Assembly: GCA_038087875.1 (NCBI GenBank)
Contig: CM075983.1
Location: 25,296,001 to 25,360,000, forward strand
DNA: 64,000 bases
Direction of reading: 5' to 3'
Source: Malacoraja senta
Taxonomy: Eukaryota
Numbering within the stretch: position 1 is the stretch's first letter; every line of letters begins with the position of its first letter. Both the position numbers and the translations under genes were made by a program. The notes below the pieces were generated by a model, which saw nothing but the letters and a program-made list of their open reading frames with translations, searched no databases and had not been told where the DNA came from. This document shows, in pieces, positions 13,290 to 26,109 of this stretch.

Positions 13290-13770
13290 AAGATGCAGCA
13301 GATGTTCTATCAATCGGTGGTGGCCAAAGCCATCTTCTTCACTGTCGTGTGTAGGGGTAGCAGGGCGAAGGCCACGGACGGCAACAGAATTTACAAGCTC
13401 ATCAGGAGGCTGGCCCTATCCTGGGGTGGAGTTGGATTCACTGGAGATGGTCTTGGAGGGGAGGATGCTCCTCAAACTGCAGAGCATCTTGGACAATACA
13501 GTTCACCCCCTCCATGGCAAACTGGTCAACCTGAGGAGCACCTTCAGCAACAGACTGGTTCCACCAAAATGCAGGACAGAACTCGACAGGAGATCCTTTT
13601 TCCTTGTGGCTATCAAACTTTACAGCTCCTTCCCCTTCTGTGGTGGGGTAGACGGATTCCCCTTCACTTCCCCCCCCCCCCCCCATTCTTTGCACATCCC
13701 AAATCCTAGACTTTCCACTCGTCACTTTAATTTCATGTTTCATGTATCTTGTTCGTTGTGTTTTATGAAG
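13290..13770 (+). mobile_element. Rex1/Babar LINE 3' fragment
   Basis: Peptides QMFYQSVVAKAIFF and ILDNTVHPLH...CRTELDRRSFFLVAIKLY. Confidence 0.8.
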
Positions 13771-16700
13771 TTCTATCGTATTGTATTGTGTCGTAGCCAT
13801 ACATGGAAGAAGTTGTAGCTATTCAGTAGCTGGTGGTGGCAGCTCTGTTGCCGTTATATATGCCGCAATTTTTTTCAGTCCAGAGTAACTGGACTGAAAA
13901 ATCTGAGTGTAAATATCTGAGCTATTGTTGCCTCTTCTATGTTGTCACTCACATTGTTCCTTAAGCTGAGTTTTGCCACACTGATCTTATGTCAGCAAAA
14001 GAGTCACAGAATTTACCATTGTCCATGATTGTACATTGTACAAAAAGCCATATTTTTTGGCTTCAATGTACTCATGGTATGCTGGAGGTTCCACACAGAA
14101 ACACTGGCAAAATCCTTTACATGGATCAGCTTATCCCTGATTTCCACACCTGCCTGTTGCAATGTGAAAGCTGGGGGTGAGACCAAATGTATCTGTCTCC
14201 TGTTCTGGGCCGAACACTGAACTGAATGGCAGATACAAACCAGATACTGAGCTATGCTCAGAGACAGGAGGTCTGGTTAGGAAACGTGATTCCATTTTTT
14301 TTTAATGGGGTTGGTGACCATGCTTACAAAAATGAGTGTAAAAATATGGCTTGCTTGCATTTTATAATGAATGAATTTTAATTAATTTCTACAGCTTAAG
14401 CTATTGTAATTAAAAATAATATATTTGTCTGATTATCAAAGACATTTAAAAAGAGCTTGTAAATACTTCTCACTTCAGTCAGGTGTCAAAGGGCAATCAG
14501 GTTGTCTCAGTACAAGGCTTTAGACTCTGCTGCCTGAATGTAATCGGTGCCCATGCTATTATGTTCCCGCTGACTGTGGCAAACATCAATGAAGTTAATT
14601 GGAACTATAGCTTGAAAAACAGTAAGTGTGAGCACCAGCTCAACCAGCCCAAGCATAGTGAAGTCCATTGTTATCTAGGAGAATGATCCAATGTACACCA
14701 GAACATTGAGGTAGCACCCGGTACCACACTTAGCATGGTCAGTCAAAGTAAACTTCAGAGGGTCACGATCTGGCAAAATAGTTTGAAGGGTCTTGCACAC
14801 AACGCTGTTTGGCACAAGCTAATGGGGTAGGCTTAGGTACACAACAGATAGTCATTAATTATCTGGGACACGTTACACCTCAAACAGAACAAGTGTAAAA
14901 TCAGGATTAAAATATTGCACAAATCAGAGGGATTGGCACAATGCACAACCTCACAGCTTTACCCCATTAACAAACAGAGCCTGTGGAACAAAATGACAGA
15001 GATTGGCTCAGCACTATCTCACAGGCATGCAGCATAAATTCAAAGGAACATTTTCGAACATCCAGTACAATTTAACAAGGACTGAAGCAAAACACAGCCT
15101 CACAAAATTGGAATGTAATGAATGTTCATTGGAGCAGACTACAGCACATGCTCATACGGGTAGAACATATGCATAGAATCAAACGTCACATGAGCAGACA
15201 TGGTTAAAAGGCATAACCTCACAAGGATGGGCAAAAGTACAAAGGCGCAAACACCAAATTACTGTTATTTGAAGAGACTGACAAAATGCTGAAGTAATGA
15301 CTTTCCAACATTTTTTTGAACCAAGGATAAATTGGTGACTGCATTTGCATCTGATCACTCTATGGCTCGACATTATCTGTGATCAAACCCCTCCATGTGC
15401 ACGAGGAACATCATCTTATTAGCACCAAAACATTAAAGCAGACGTTTTAGGACGCAACCTCAGTCAGGTGATTGTTATTAATGAGTACAGCAAGGAATTA
15501 CAATGAAAAAAAATGATCACAGATGTGTTTCAGTATTTAGCCCCAGGCCAACATTATTCATTGAGATCATATCATAAAGAATATAATCAAGGCAACTGCA
15601 GTGGAGATGAAACGAATTGTGACTTTGTGAAGTTGTGAAAGTTTTCTGTTTGTTTGACATTGCTCAAGCTGAATGTGGGACAGGTAGAATTCCCCTGGGA
15701 CCTGCATCCTGTTTGTAGTAGCTGTCCCAGGGATGAGTATGGCTTTTTAAAAAAAATCTGAAAAGTTATGAGATGCAAGATAAATGTGCACATATTCATC
15801 ACTGCTGTGGCATGTCTAGTTTTGAGCCGCAGGCAGTTAGCTGTACTGCTGCCGTTTTAACACTCAAATATGCCTTTATTGCCGTCATGGATGTTGTTGA
15901 ATGAGATCTACCTAAGTTGCTCCCTTTCCTTGATAAATGCACACTAAGTGGTAACATGTATTCTGCCAGGCACATGATTTATTCCTACTGATTGAGATAT
16001 GCTCATCTGTATGAAATCTCTCCCTTCCATCAGTGTTCACCTGGACCCCTACTCCCACTGAACTCCTGTTGCCAGGGACCTAGATCCCATTTAGCAAGCA
16101 CATTTCAGCCCCAGGCAAGTAGCCACCGTTAAAAGGAAAGTGAGTGCCCCTTTAAGGCCACTAACATCTGAATAACTGCTTCATCTGGGAGAGTAGGGCT
16201 TTTAATGTCAGCCTGATCCCCAGCACCCAGTCCACAGCTGGTGCAGCAGCAGGCTTCCCTGCCAGACCATATGCTGCATGTACTGCTACAATTAACCTCC
16301 CAGTAAAAACCTGCACTTGCAAGTCTGTTGGCTCTGGTTTCACTGAGGTGAAAGGAATAAGCTGCTGCTATTCGTCGCCATTGTTACCACAACAAAAAGT
16401 TTGAAGACTGAGGAGTTTAACCTCTGTGTAAATGTGATGTGCCGCCTGAAACTCTTTCTATATTGACAGCTGTCTTAGCAGCGACCATTCCATAGATTAG
16501 TGGCAGCCATGTTAACCCATGAGGTTCCAGTTAGTGTCGCAGAGAGTCTACCTCCTTCACCCTCCAGAGCTGGGTTTGGATTAAGGTGCAGAAACTGAGC
16601 TGTTTTTACTTTTGGAGACATTTAATCAGTCCACCGACAGGACAATAATAGAGGTGCAAACATGTTTTCCCCTGAGCCCCTGCATAATATTTTCAAAACT

Positions 16701-17665
16701 AAATCTTAGTTTATAAATCTATTTGTAAATTTGCAGAGTTTTCACTCTGCGACTTCTCCTGTCAACTCAATAGACAATAGACAAAAGACAATGCTCATGC
16801 TCTGCTCTGACTTTGACCTACAATGCATTTCTCCATCGTAACATCCCTTGCACCCCCACATTCTAAATTTGGTGAAAGTGCTTTCAGCTCTGAAGACCTC
16901 ATGGGATGGATCTCTCACCCCCACCATATTTGTGGTGTTTAGGCCTCCCTGTCATTCAAAATGTACCATTTCAATCATCTACTTCTCAGAATTCTTTTAG
17001 CTATTTTCCATTCCATTCTATTTAATATTTTGGAGTGTGATATTTGTTTAAAGGTAAATTCCAGTTTATGATATGCAGAGAACATTTTACGAAATGCATC
17101 TTCAAGAAAAAGGCTTTGCTTCTGAAACAGCTATTCTCATTTTTCTCTGGTTGAAAATAAACTTTTGCAGTAACAGTTATTAATGTTCCTATAAAAGTTT
17201 ATAACAGATCAGAACCAAACTTATTGTCAGCACTAGATCATTATTTTAATCTTTGTCTCCAAGAGTAACATAGAGGGAAACAAAAACATATTGTTAAACC
17301 TTCTATTGATATGACAAAAAAGACGATCAATGTTTAATCTGCATTCCTAACAAGATGAGACTGAAAAGTTATTTTGGCGTACAAGGAGATGGGAGAGAAA
17401 TTAAGCCAATATTTTGTGTTTCATTAAAGAAGACGCAGAAAACCTTTTGGAAATAGTGGACAGCAACAGGACCAGAATGAATGAAAACTGAAGGAAATTA
17501 ACATTAATTTGAAAAATTAGCAATGCAGAAAGTAATGAAATAAACAAAATTTGAAATGAATAAATGGCCAGGACCTCATAACTTGTGCCCTGAGTTTAGG
17601 ATAAAAGTGGTATTGGTCATGGAGTCGTACATCACAGAAACAGGCCCTTCATCCATGCCAACCAA

Positions 17666-18146
17666 GATGCCCTATCTAAGCTAGTCCTGTTTGCCCAATA
17701 TTTCCCCAACTGTCCTAACCATGTACTTGTCCAAATCTATCATACGGTACACAAAAATGCTGGAGAAACTCAGTGGGTGCAGCAGCATCTATGGAGCGAA
17801 GGAAATAGGCAACGTTTCGGGCCGAAACTCTTCAGCGTTCTTCCATGGGAAGGAGTCCTCGCCCCCCGTTGATGATCCCTTTTCCCGTCTCCAACGCACC
17901 CCCTCCTCATGGACCCCCCCCCCCCTCGTGGCCCTCCGGCTTTAGAACTTTTTATCCAAAACTGCCGTCGCGACATCAACCGCCTCAACTTCAAATTAAT
18001 TTAAAAAAAAAAATCTTAAACACTTTGTCCAAATCTATCTATCTCCCCCTCTCCCCCTCTCCCCCTCTCCCCCGATGCCCTATCTAAGCTAGTCCTGTTT
18101 GCCCAATATTTCCCCAACTGTCCTAACCATGTACTTGTCCAAATCT
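17666..18146 (+). repeat. Perfect 73-bp direct duplication (17666-17738 = 18074-18146) of a CR1 tail segment
   Basis: Identical GATGCCCTATCTAAGCTAG...CTTGTCCAAATCT. Confidence 0.9.
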
Positions 18147-18190
18147 CTCCCTCTCCCTCTCCCTCTCCTCCCTTCCCTCTCCCTCTCCCA

Positions 18191-18921
18191 TCTATACTAT
18201 TACTAAAACCCTCATCTTGACCACTTCCAGTCTGCGTTGTAATTAAATTTGCGCAAAAACGATCCCTCATAGCGCTACGATTTTTGCCACCTTACTCACC
18301 ATTCTCCTCTGCTGCAAGTCAAATAAGTTTTGTTCCGATTGGTAAAATAGTACAAAAGTTATGAAGGTATTAAAATCGTACAAAACGCCCCTTCCGGAAC
18401 CCGCTGTTAATAACGTGGCGAGGAGAATAAAAAGCTGAAGGGGCACAGTGTGATGAGCAGCTTGTGCAGAGTGTGCAGCCTGCGGGCTGCTTCTGCGACG
18501 ACCAGCCAGAAGCTGGTGAGTTGAACCGGAAGCCACTGATTGAAGCCGGAGTGGGACCGGGATCTGCTGCGTGAGGCCGAAAGCTGAAGGTGCGGGGTGG
18601 CAGTGTGCGAGACCCACCCTCCCCACACCCCCCTTTCCCCCTCCTCTCCGCTGCTAAATGCTCCTCCCCACTCCCCCCGCTGCTACCTGCTCGCCCACTG
18701 CTACCTGCTCGCCCACTGCTAACCGCTCCCCGCTGCTAACCGCTCCCCCCACTCCTACCCGCTTCCCCCCGCTACTACCCATTGACACCCCCTTATCCCT
18801 CTCCTCTCCCTCCTCTCCCCCCTCCTCTCCCTCCCTCCCTCCCCTCCCTCCTCTCCCCCTCCCACCTCTCCCCTCCCTCCCTCTTCCCCTCCCTCCTCTC
18901 GATTAAAACAGTTTACAGATT
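18191..18921 (+). mobile_element. Possible non-autonomous Helitron 5' part
   Basis: Starts A|TCTATACTATTACTAAAA, a Helitron-like 5' TC terminus. CpG-rich with short tandem repeats. The 3' end is lost in the gap. Confidence 0.4.
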
Positions 18922-19121
18922 NNNNNNNNNNNNNNNNNNNNNNNNNNNNNNNNNNNNNNNNNNNNNNNNNNNNNNNNNNNNNNNNNNNNNNNNNNNNNNN
19001 NNNNNNNNNNNNNNNNNNNNNNNNNNNNNNNNNNNNNNNNNNNNNNNNNNNNNNNNNNNNNNNNNNNNNNNNNNNNNNNNNNNNNNNNNNNNNNNNNNNN
19101 NNNNNNNNNNNNNNNNNNNNN
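18922..19121. other. Assembly gap (200 N)
   Basis: Run of N. Confidence 1.
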
Positions 19122-19124
19122 TAG

Positions 19125-19600
19125 CCCTGATAGTGGCTTGCTGTGATCTTAAAACCTGCACAAACCAACTGGTAGGAGTTTTTGTAGACATTTTCAATCT
19201 CTCAAAACTAAGGAGGTGAAGTCCCTGCATGCTTTAAAAGGACAGACATAATACTGGAGCCCAAGAAGAGTAAGGTGACATGCCTCAATGACTATCAACC
19301 AGTGGCATTAACATCCAAGCTGATGAAGTGCTTTGAGAGGCTGATTATGACACATATCAACTCCTGCTTCCGTGAGGCCTGGACCCACTACAATTCATCT
19401 ACTATAATGCAGGATGTACTGGAGCATTTGGACAACAAGAGCCGTACCGCAGACTGTTGTTCATCGACTACAGTTCGGCATTCAACACTATTATTCCTTC
19501 AAAACTGATCATCAAACTTGCAGAAATTGGAATCTCAACTTCTTCATAAGCAGACCATGATCAGTACGAATTGGCACCAAAACTTCCTCCTCGTTAAAAA
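19125..19600 (+). mobile_element. Rex1/Babar LINE RT fragment
   Basis: LKTCTNQLVGVFVDIFNLS...PKKSKVTCLNDYQPVALTSKLMKCFERL...FIDYSSAFNTIIP. Confidence 0.85.
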
Positions 19601-21009
19601 TTTGAGTCAGTCTGCAGAAGGGTCCCGACCTGAAATGTAGGTTAAGTAGAGGTGATAGTCTATCCATAAACTCCAGCACTTTGTGTCTTTTTTTGTAAAC
19701 CAGCATCTTCAGTTCCTTGTTCATAACCTCTGCTGATGGTAGCTTGGAGGTCCAGTAGAAATATTGTCTTGTTTTATGTCTTCTTTTGCAAGATGTTCTC
19801 ACATCTGCTTGTTTCCGCTTCCAGGAAGCTCTGTTCAGCAACTTACTGTGTGAAGAATCAATTAGTACAATTCTGCAGAGCATTGTGATTGAACCCGGAA
19901 CCTTTATTAGTAGGAGGCTTTCCTCAGCGGCCCTGAAGCACAATGTCAATTAGGTACATGCAGCTCCTGAGCAGTAAAGTCAGAAGTTTCACAACACTTA
20001 CCACCAGCAATGGAAAAGAAAGCACATCGCTGAGAAATTCTTTCAAATGGGTCTATGTGAAAGACCTGCGTTTTTACTAGAAATGCCATTTCAGGTCTTC
20101 AGTGCATAAGATGTATTTACACATACAAATATTCAAACTTGTGCAGTAGTAACAAATATCGTCAAATCAATTTTTGATGCCACCTTTGTAAAATTCCTTT
20201 GTGCATACATTGCCAATACCTAAGCATATTTTAAAGGGAACTGTACATGTACTGTACATCCTCCTACAGGCTGATTCCCTTTATGTTTCCTGATTCTTTA
20301 TTTTGTACCATTACCCACCATATCACCATCATTCTTCATCAGACCCTCCTCATCCGTCGAAGGAAGTGGAGGCGTTGCTGTGCTTTCTTGACTAGGGAGA
20401 TGGTGTTGGTGGACCATGTCTGATCATCTGTGCTGTCAAATTAACTTTAACTCAATGTCTGCAGTATGCTATTTGCACTTTTATTTATGGCACCTTTTAT
20501 TATTGCACCTTAATAACATACCTCAAAATTTTACTACACTCTGGCACACTGTGAATATTTTATATAATGTATATGTCCATTGTCTATCTTTATTGGTATA
20601 TTGTCTGTCTGTGTTATAAATATTACTTGCACATTGGAGTATGTGGAAACGCAATTTCAATCCTCTGTGTAACTACTTGTTGCATTATTTGAATTGACAA
20701 TAAAGTTTACTTTGACCACCAGACACTAGACAAATCACTCCTCTGATCTTTCACCTACCAGCAGCCAAAAGCAACTCAAATCCTCAATTGTGAAGACATT
20801 CCTTCCAAAGTCCTTACACAACCATTGAGATTCCTTCTCAATTTATGGCACCCTAGAACTCTCTAATCCATGACGTGTAACCTGAGACCTGCTACCTACC
20901 TATCTTCCTCTGCTGGCGTTGCAAAGACAGACCTAATTGAGGGAAGCACTTTGTATACAATATTTGAGCAAGGCGGATTCTATTGCACATGATGCCTTCG
21001 GTCTCACAA

Positions 21010-21465
21010 GTTCATATGTGATAGGAGTAGAATTAAGGCCATTAAGTCAACTCCACCATTCAATCAAGGCTGATCTATTTTTCCCTCTTTCTCCCATTCC
21101 CTATTCTCCTGCCTTCTCCCATAACCCGTGACACCCATACTAATCAAGAATCTCTCTATCTCTGCCTTAAAAATAACCTTTGACGGCCTCCACAGCCTTC
21201 TTTGGCAATGAATTCCACAGATTCACCACCCTCTGACTAAAGAAATTCCTCCTCATCCCCTTCATAAAGGAACATCCTTTAATTCTGAAGCTATGACCTC
21301 TGGTCCTAGGCTCTCCCACTAGTGGAACTATCCTCTCCGCATCCAGTCTATCCAAGCCTTTCACTATTCGGTAAGTTTCAATGAGATCCCCCCTCATCCT
21401 CCTAAACTCCAGCGGGTAGAGGCCCAGTGACGTCAAATGCTCATCACATATTAACCCACTCATTC
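21010..21465 (-). mobile_element. CR1/HER1 LINE 3' fragment
   Basis: ORF 21167-21463 LGLYPLEFRRMRGDLIETYRIVKGLDR...FFSQRVVNLWNSLP. Confidence 0.9.
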
Positions 21466-21469
21466 ATAT

Positions 21470-21612
21470 CTTCTTCTTGCGTATGGCGTGCACAGCCTAA
21501 AGTTGTAGGACAACTTGGTCTACAGTATTTGATCTTATTTGATTGTGCACGCCAGGTTGATTGCATTCGTCGAAACAGGGCGGACCACGTGAAGGTTGCA
21601 ATCTCCCACCCC
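21470..21612 (-). mobile_element. 143-bp short retroposon (family A, better-preserved copy) with 5' HDV-like ribozyme
   Basis: (AAG)n tail. TSD core ACTCATTCAT at 21458-21467 and 21614-21623. CpGs retained. Confidence 0.85.
21559..21612 (-). ncRNA. Minimal (54-nt) HDV-like ribozyme
   Basis: Minus strand reads GGGGTGG GA GATTGCA ACC TTCACGT GGT CCGCCCT G TTTCGA CGAA TGCAATC = P1, J1/2, P2, P3, L3, P3', P1', P1.1, mini-P4 (UUCG), J4/2, P2'. Confidence 0.85.
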
Positions 21613-21949
21613 AACTCATTCATGTGAAAAGACATGTTGATTTGCTCATCAACTCACTCATCTGCTTTTTCCTCATACTGTTTTAATATTTCTCATGCAG
21701 GTCTTTGAAAGTTATTACTGAATATAATTCCCCCCAATCTTTCAGGCCGTGGGTCTCTGATCAATAACAATTCATAACATAAAAATGTCATCTCTCATCG
21801 TATATCATTTGCCACAATGAAAATGTTGGTTAACTGTGTTCACTAATTCTGATTCGCATATATTAGGTTTGGATTACACTGAAATGCCTTCCAAAGCCCT
21901 TTGTAGATGATGTTTGGGTGCAGTTTTACTCTTTGGCTCTTTGAAACTA

Positions 21950-23035
21950 TAGGAATGTTGGTAAGATGCTGAAGTCTCCAATCAGGGAAGCTTAATGTAA
22001 TCAAACCATCAATATGGTTTCCGGGAAACCTGAAACTATTTCAGGGATAATGGTTGAAAAAATTGTTCGACTTCCCTGAGGATGTAAAAGCAGTGCCCAT
22101 AGAAGGAGACCGATAGACATAGTGTATTCAATTTTCCAGAAGGCTTCTGACAAAGTACAATGAAAAAGGCAACAGCTCATGGTATTGAGAGAAGTGTGTG
22201 AGGATGGATTGAAGATGGTTATTACGAGGACAGATGAATCTGTGTGAACAAATGGATCTTTTTCAGGCTGGAAGGACGGATCATGGAATTCTTTGCACTT
22301 CGTTATTTACTACTTGTATTAATGAACTGGTGGAGGGGGCAGAACGTAAGGTGTTCAAGGCACAAACGTAGGTGAAAGGGCATGTTGTGATGAAGGTATT
22401 TAGACTCTTTTGCAAAATGTAAATAGTTTGAGAGAATGGGTAAACACTTGACAAGGTGTTTAAGATGGTAAAGTGTGAGATCATGCACTTCAGTGAAAGG
22501 AATCTCTCGGCAGACTATTAACTAAATAGAGAAAAAATACAGAGAACGGAAGAATTTGGGTGTTCTTGTACATGAGTTGCAAAATGTTAGCAGGCAGATG
22601 CATCAAATGGTTAGGATAGCAATTACCATATTGGAAGACTGGTGGTTCGTGATAACATATCAACCTTTATTTGAGGGGGCTGGAACTTGGAATGAATTGT
22701 TACCATTGTGCAGGGCTTTGGTTAGGCTACACCTGCAGTACTGTGGGAGATTTTTGAATAATAGGCCATATAAACAAGATTTGGGTGGGTAATTTAAATC
22801 TGAGGTGCATCAGAACATTTTCTCACAGAGTGTGGGTTCATCTCTGAATTCTCTACTCTGGGAAGTGTGGAAGCTAAAGCATTGAAGGGAAGGTAGATCA
22901 TTCTTTTAAAAACAGCGAATTAAGTTATATTCAACAGCTCTGGAGCAGACTGGCCACAATCACATTGAATGGCAGGGCAGAACTGAAGGGCCAAGTGGCA
23001 GATTTCTGTTCCTATATTCTTGCATTCTTATGTTC
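21950..23035 (+). mobile_element. Old, heavily decayed CR1-like LINE
   Basis: Remnant RT motif (ttccagaaggcttctgacaaagt, FQKAFDKV-like) and CR1-type 3' end. Confidence 0.6.
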
Positions 23036-23756
23036 CTGCGTGTCAACCTGGTCACTTGCCCACTCACTAAACTTGCTCATCAGATATTCAATCATACAGG
23101 AGAGAAGAAGATGCCAGAGAGATGGTGGTGAAGGTACAATGGCTGATTACATGTTGGAAATGGACATTGTAGCCGGGGTCATCAACCCTCAGAAAGTTGA
23201 TATGGGAAACAGCCCCTCGGGAGATTCAGGGAGTTAACCTACACCATCATTGAGGGGCAGTGGCCCCTGATCTCTGGGGTGGCTGGGACTCAGTATTGGG
23301 CTCCCACCTCCCCCCAGCCTGGGGGCAGGATGGAGGAAAAGAGCCCCAGCCGACAGCCATGAGTGCAGTCACAATCTTAGGTCCTCACTGAAGGATGGTG
23401 GTAGGTGAATAATCAGCTGATTCTCAACAGGAGCTACTGGATGCAGTCTTCTGGCAGTTATAGAAATATTTGAAAAATCTAAGATGTGTTCATGCCCTCA
23501 GAAACTTAATATACCCAAGGCAAATTACAGCTTTCAATGAAAGGTCAATGTACATTTTGCACAAGTTTGTATATCTTGCTTGCAACTCAGCCATGATGTT
23601 TTGAAGTTCATCCTGCGAGTTAGGTCGGACATTAACCATGAGTCGGAGTCCACTGGTTTTAGTTACTGAATTTGTGCAACCAATGCTGCAATTATTGTAG
23701 CCCAGAATTTGCCATCAAATCTTGGCAAAACTGCTGTCAGTCACCACCTCATGTAG

Positions 23757-23952
23757 AGAATCATAGAGTCATAGGGTGATACAGTGTGGAAACAGGCCCT
23801 TCAGCAAAACTTGCCCACACCGGCCAACGTCCCAGTTACACTAGTCCCACCTGCCCACATTGGGTCCATATCACTCCAAACCTGTCCTATCCATGTACCT
23901 GTCTAACTCTTTTTTAAACATTGGGATAATCCCAACCACAACTACCTCCTCT
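23757..23952 (-). mobile_element. CR1/HER1 3' tail
   Basis: catagagtcatag...gaaacaggcccttc, shared with other HER1/HE1 tails. Confidence 0.75.
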
Positions 23953-24468
23953 GAAGCTGAAGGGCAAAAGGAGCTTGGTTATTGTAAATCTTCTTCACCT
24001 GCAGTAGCAAATCCACATAAACATCCTGCACCCGGCCCAACATGAGCTTTCCTACAATTTTAAAGAAAGGGAACAACTGTAAGATTTCATGATAAGTAGG
24101 GAGGTTATTTAGATTTTGTTTTAATTGTTTGAAAGTCTAAGTTTGAGGTAAGTAATTTAAATTTTATTATAGAAATACATCTTATTGTTTTAATGGTCTA
24201 AATCTAATGGTCTAAGATATTTAAATTAAAACTTCTAATTGTTTTAGTGGTTTGAATAATTCTAGTAACTTAAACATTGAATCTTATTTAATAGTTTGAA
24301 ATAGTTTTTGCATGCAAAATTTTGACCGCTTTGAGAGTTCAATGTAAATCAGGTATATGGCTTATTCAGCCATCAATATTTTTTTTCCAATGTCCGTGGC
24401 TGGATTTTGTTCTGAACTGACTCACAGCATAGTTTTGTGATAGGGAAACCCTGTTGCAGTATCTCACA

Positions 24469-26109
24469 CAGGGCGGGATTTAGATGAAGAGAGGCCCTAG
24501 GCTATTCCACTTGTGAGGCCCCTCCCAATCCCCCACCCCCACGACGAGAGGAAGATGGAAGAGTCCACCAGATTGACACAGATGTGCAGCCAAGTGTGGC
24601 CAATGAGATAAGGGCTGGAAAGCTGCACTTTTTATTTATTGCCAGTGCTAGTGTCGAGTTATTGGCTTAAAACACTATTATTCTGAAATGGAGGGCAAGG
24701 AAAATCACTGAAGTGTTGTTTAGAGACTACAGAGCGTTGTGACAGCATATGTAAGAAAGGCCTATGACAGTGTCAAAAATATTATACACCAGGCCCGTAT
24801 GAAGCTTTTCAAAAATGGGGGTGGCATGGCAGGATTACAAAAATGTTATGTTAAATAAGTGCACGCAGCGCATATCACAAGCGCGAAGCTCAAAGACCCT
24901 TGCGGCCGCGGCCTGGAAGCTCTGGGGTTTTAGATGCTCTCTGGTGCCTGATCCTTATTTTGGAGCAATTTTGCACCAAATTTATGACCAATATTTCAGA
25001 AATAATTTTGGTTGAGTCAAGAGTAATGAGTGGTTGGAATGGGATGATTGGGGTCATTGTTGTATACATTTTGTTTATCAAGAATTGAAGCTGTCCTTGT
25101 TTTAATAATCAAGCTGTACTGTAAAATGTTATGTAAAATGTTATAAAGGAGCATGCAAACACTGCAAATAAAATACTGTCAGTTTTTTCAGTAAATAAAC
25201 CCTTTTTTTAGAAAATGTTTTATGTGTTGATTTGATTGCCTGTTACTGTTCGACTGTGTTAGTGTGTGCACATTAAAAATATGATGCAAAATGAAAGTCG
25301 CAAATTATGGCGTTCATATTTTACAGCATTGTTATCAAGGAAAAGAAAGCAGTTCCAATTGTTTGATATTATTCATATGAAGGAGAAAATATAATTTCTC
25401 TAAAACCTTCCTTAATTTTGCATTCTCACTAAAGATAATCCCCTTTCCCTCTCCCCCCTCCTCCTTCTCCCTCCCTCCTCTCTCTCCCTCCCCATCTCTC
25501 TCCCCCCTCCCCACTTCCCCTCTCTCTCTCCCCCTCCCCATCTCCCCCTCCCCTCTCCCTCTCTCCCCCCTCTGTCTCAACCCCCCCTTCCCCCCTCTCT
25601 CTCTCCCTCCCTCCCCCTCTCTCTCCCTCCCATGCAGCGAGGCTCCGACTCCACGCCGCAGACACCGCAGCCCCCCCCCCAGCCCGGCCCGGAGAAACGG
25701 GCACTCCTGCAACGCAATATTCCACTACTTGCCTGGAGTAGACACGTAGGATCTTTGGTAGACACGAGGCATCGAGGTGATTGTGTGGAGTACAAATGGA
25801 GATCTGAACCCGCCCGGGCCCACTGCGCACGCGCGGAGAGACAGCGTTATTTTGCGTCGCTACTGCGTCACTAGCTTCCCCCAACTGCAAAGGCGCGGAT
25901 GGTCGCAATTTTTTTCCCCAAAACTTCCAACGGGCCGGAACCAAAATTTTGGGTATTTTCCGTCAAAGTGGAAACGCTGATAGCACACCAATTTTTTTTT
26001 TCTCTGGATTTTTATTTTACTCTGGGGAAAAAAACACCTTGGCCGGAGGCCCCCTATTCTCGAGGCCCTAGGCTTAAGCCTATGAACCCTATACGTAAAT
26101 CCGGCCCTG
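24469..26109. mobile_element. Non-autonomous hAT-like DNA transposon (1.64 kb)
   Basis: TIRs CAGGGCGGGATTTA / TAAATCCGGCCCTG (1 mismatch). 8-bp TSD ATCTCACA (24461-24468) / ATCTTACA (26110-26117). Subterminal GAGGCCC repeats. No transposase ORF. Confidence 0.85.

Noticed and set aside
18658-19230. Pro/Gly-rich ORFs spanning the gap
   Set aside because: Artefacts of CT microsatellite and N bases.
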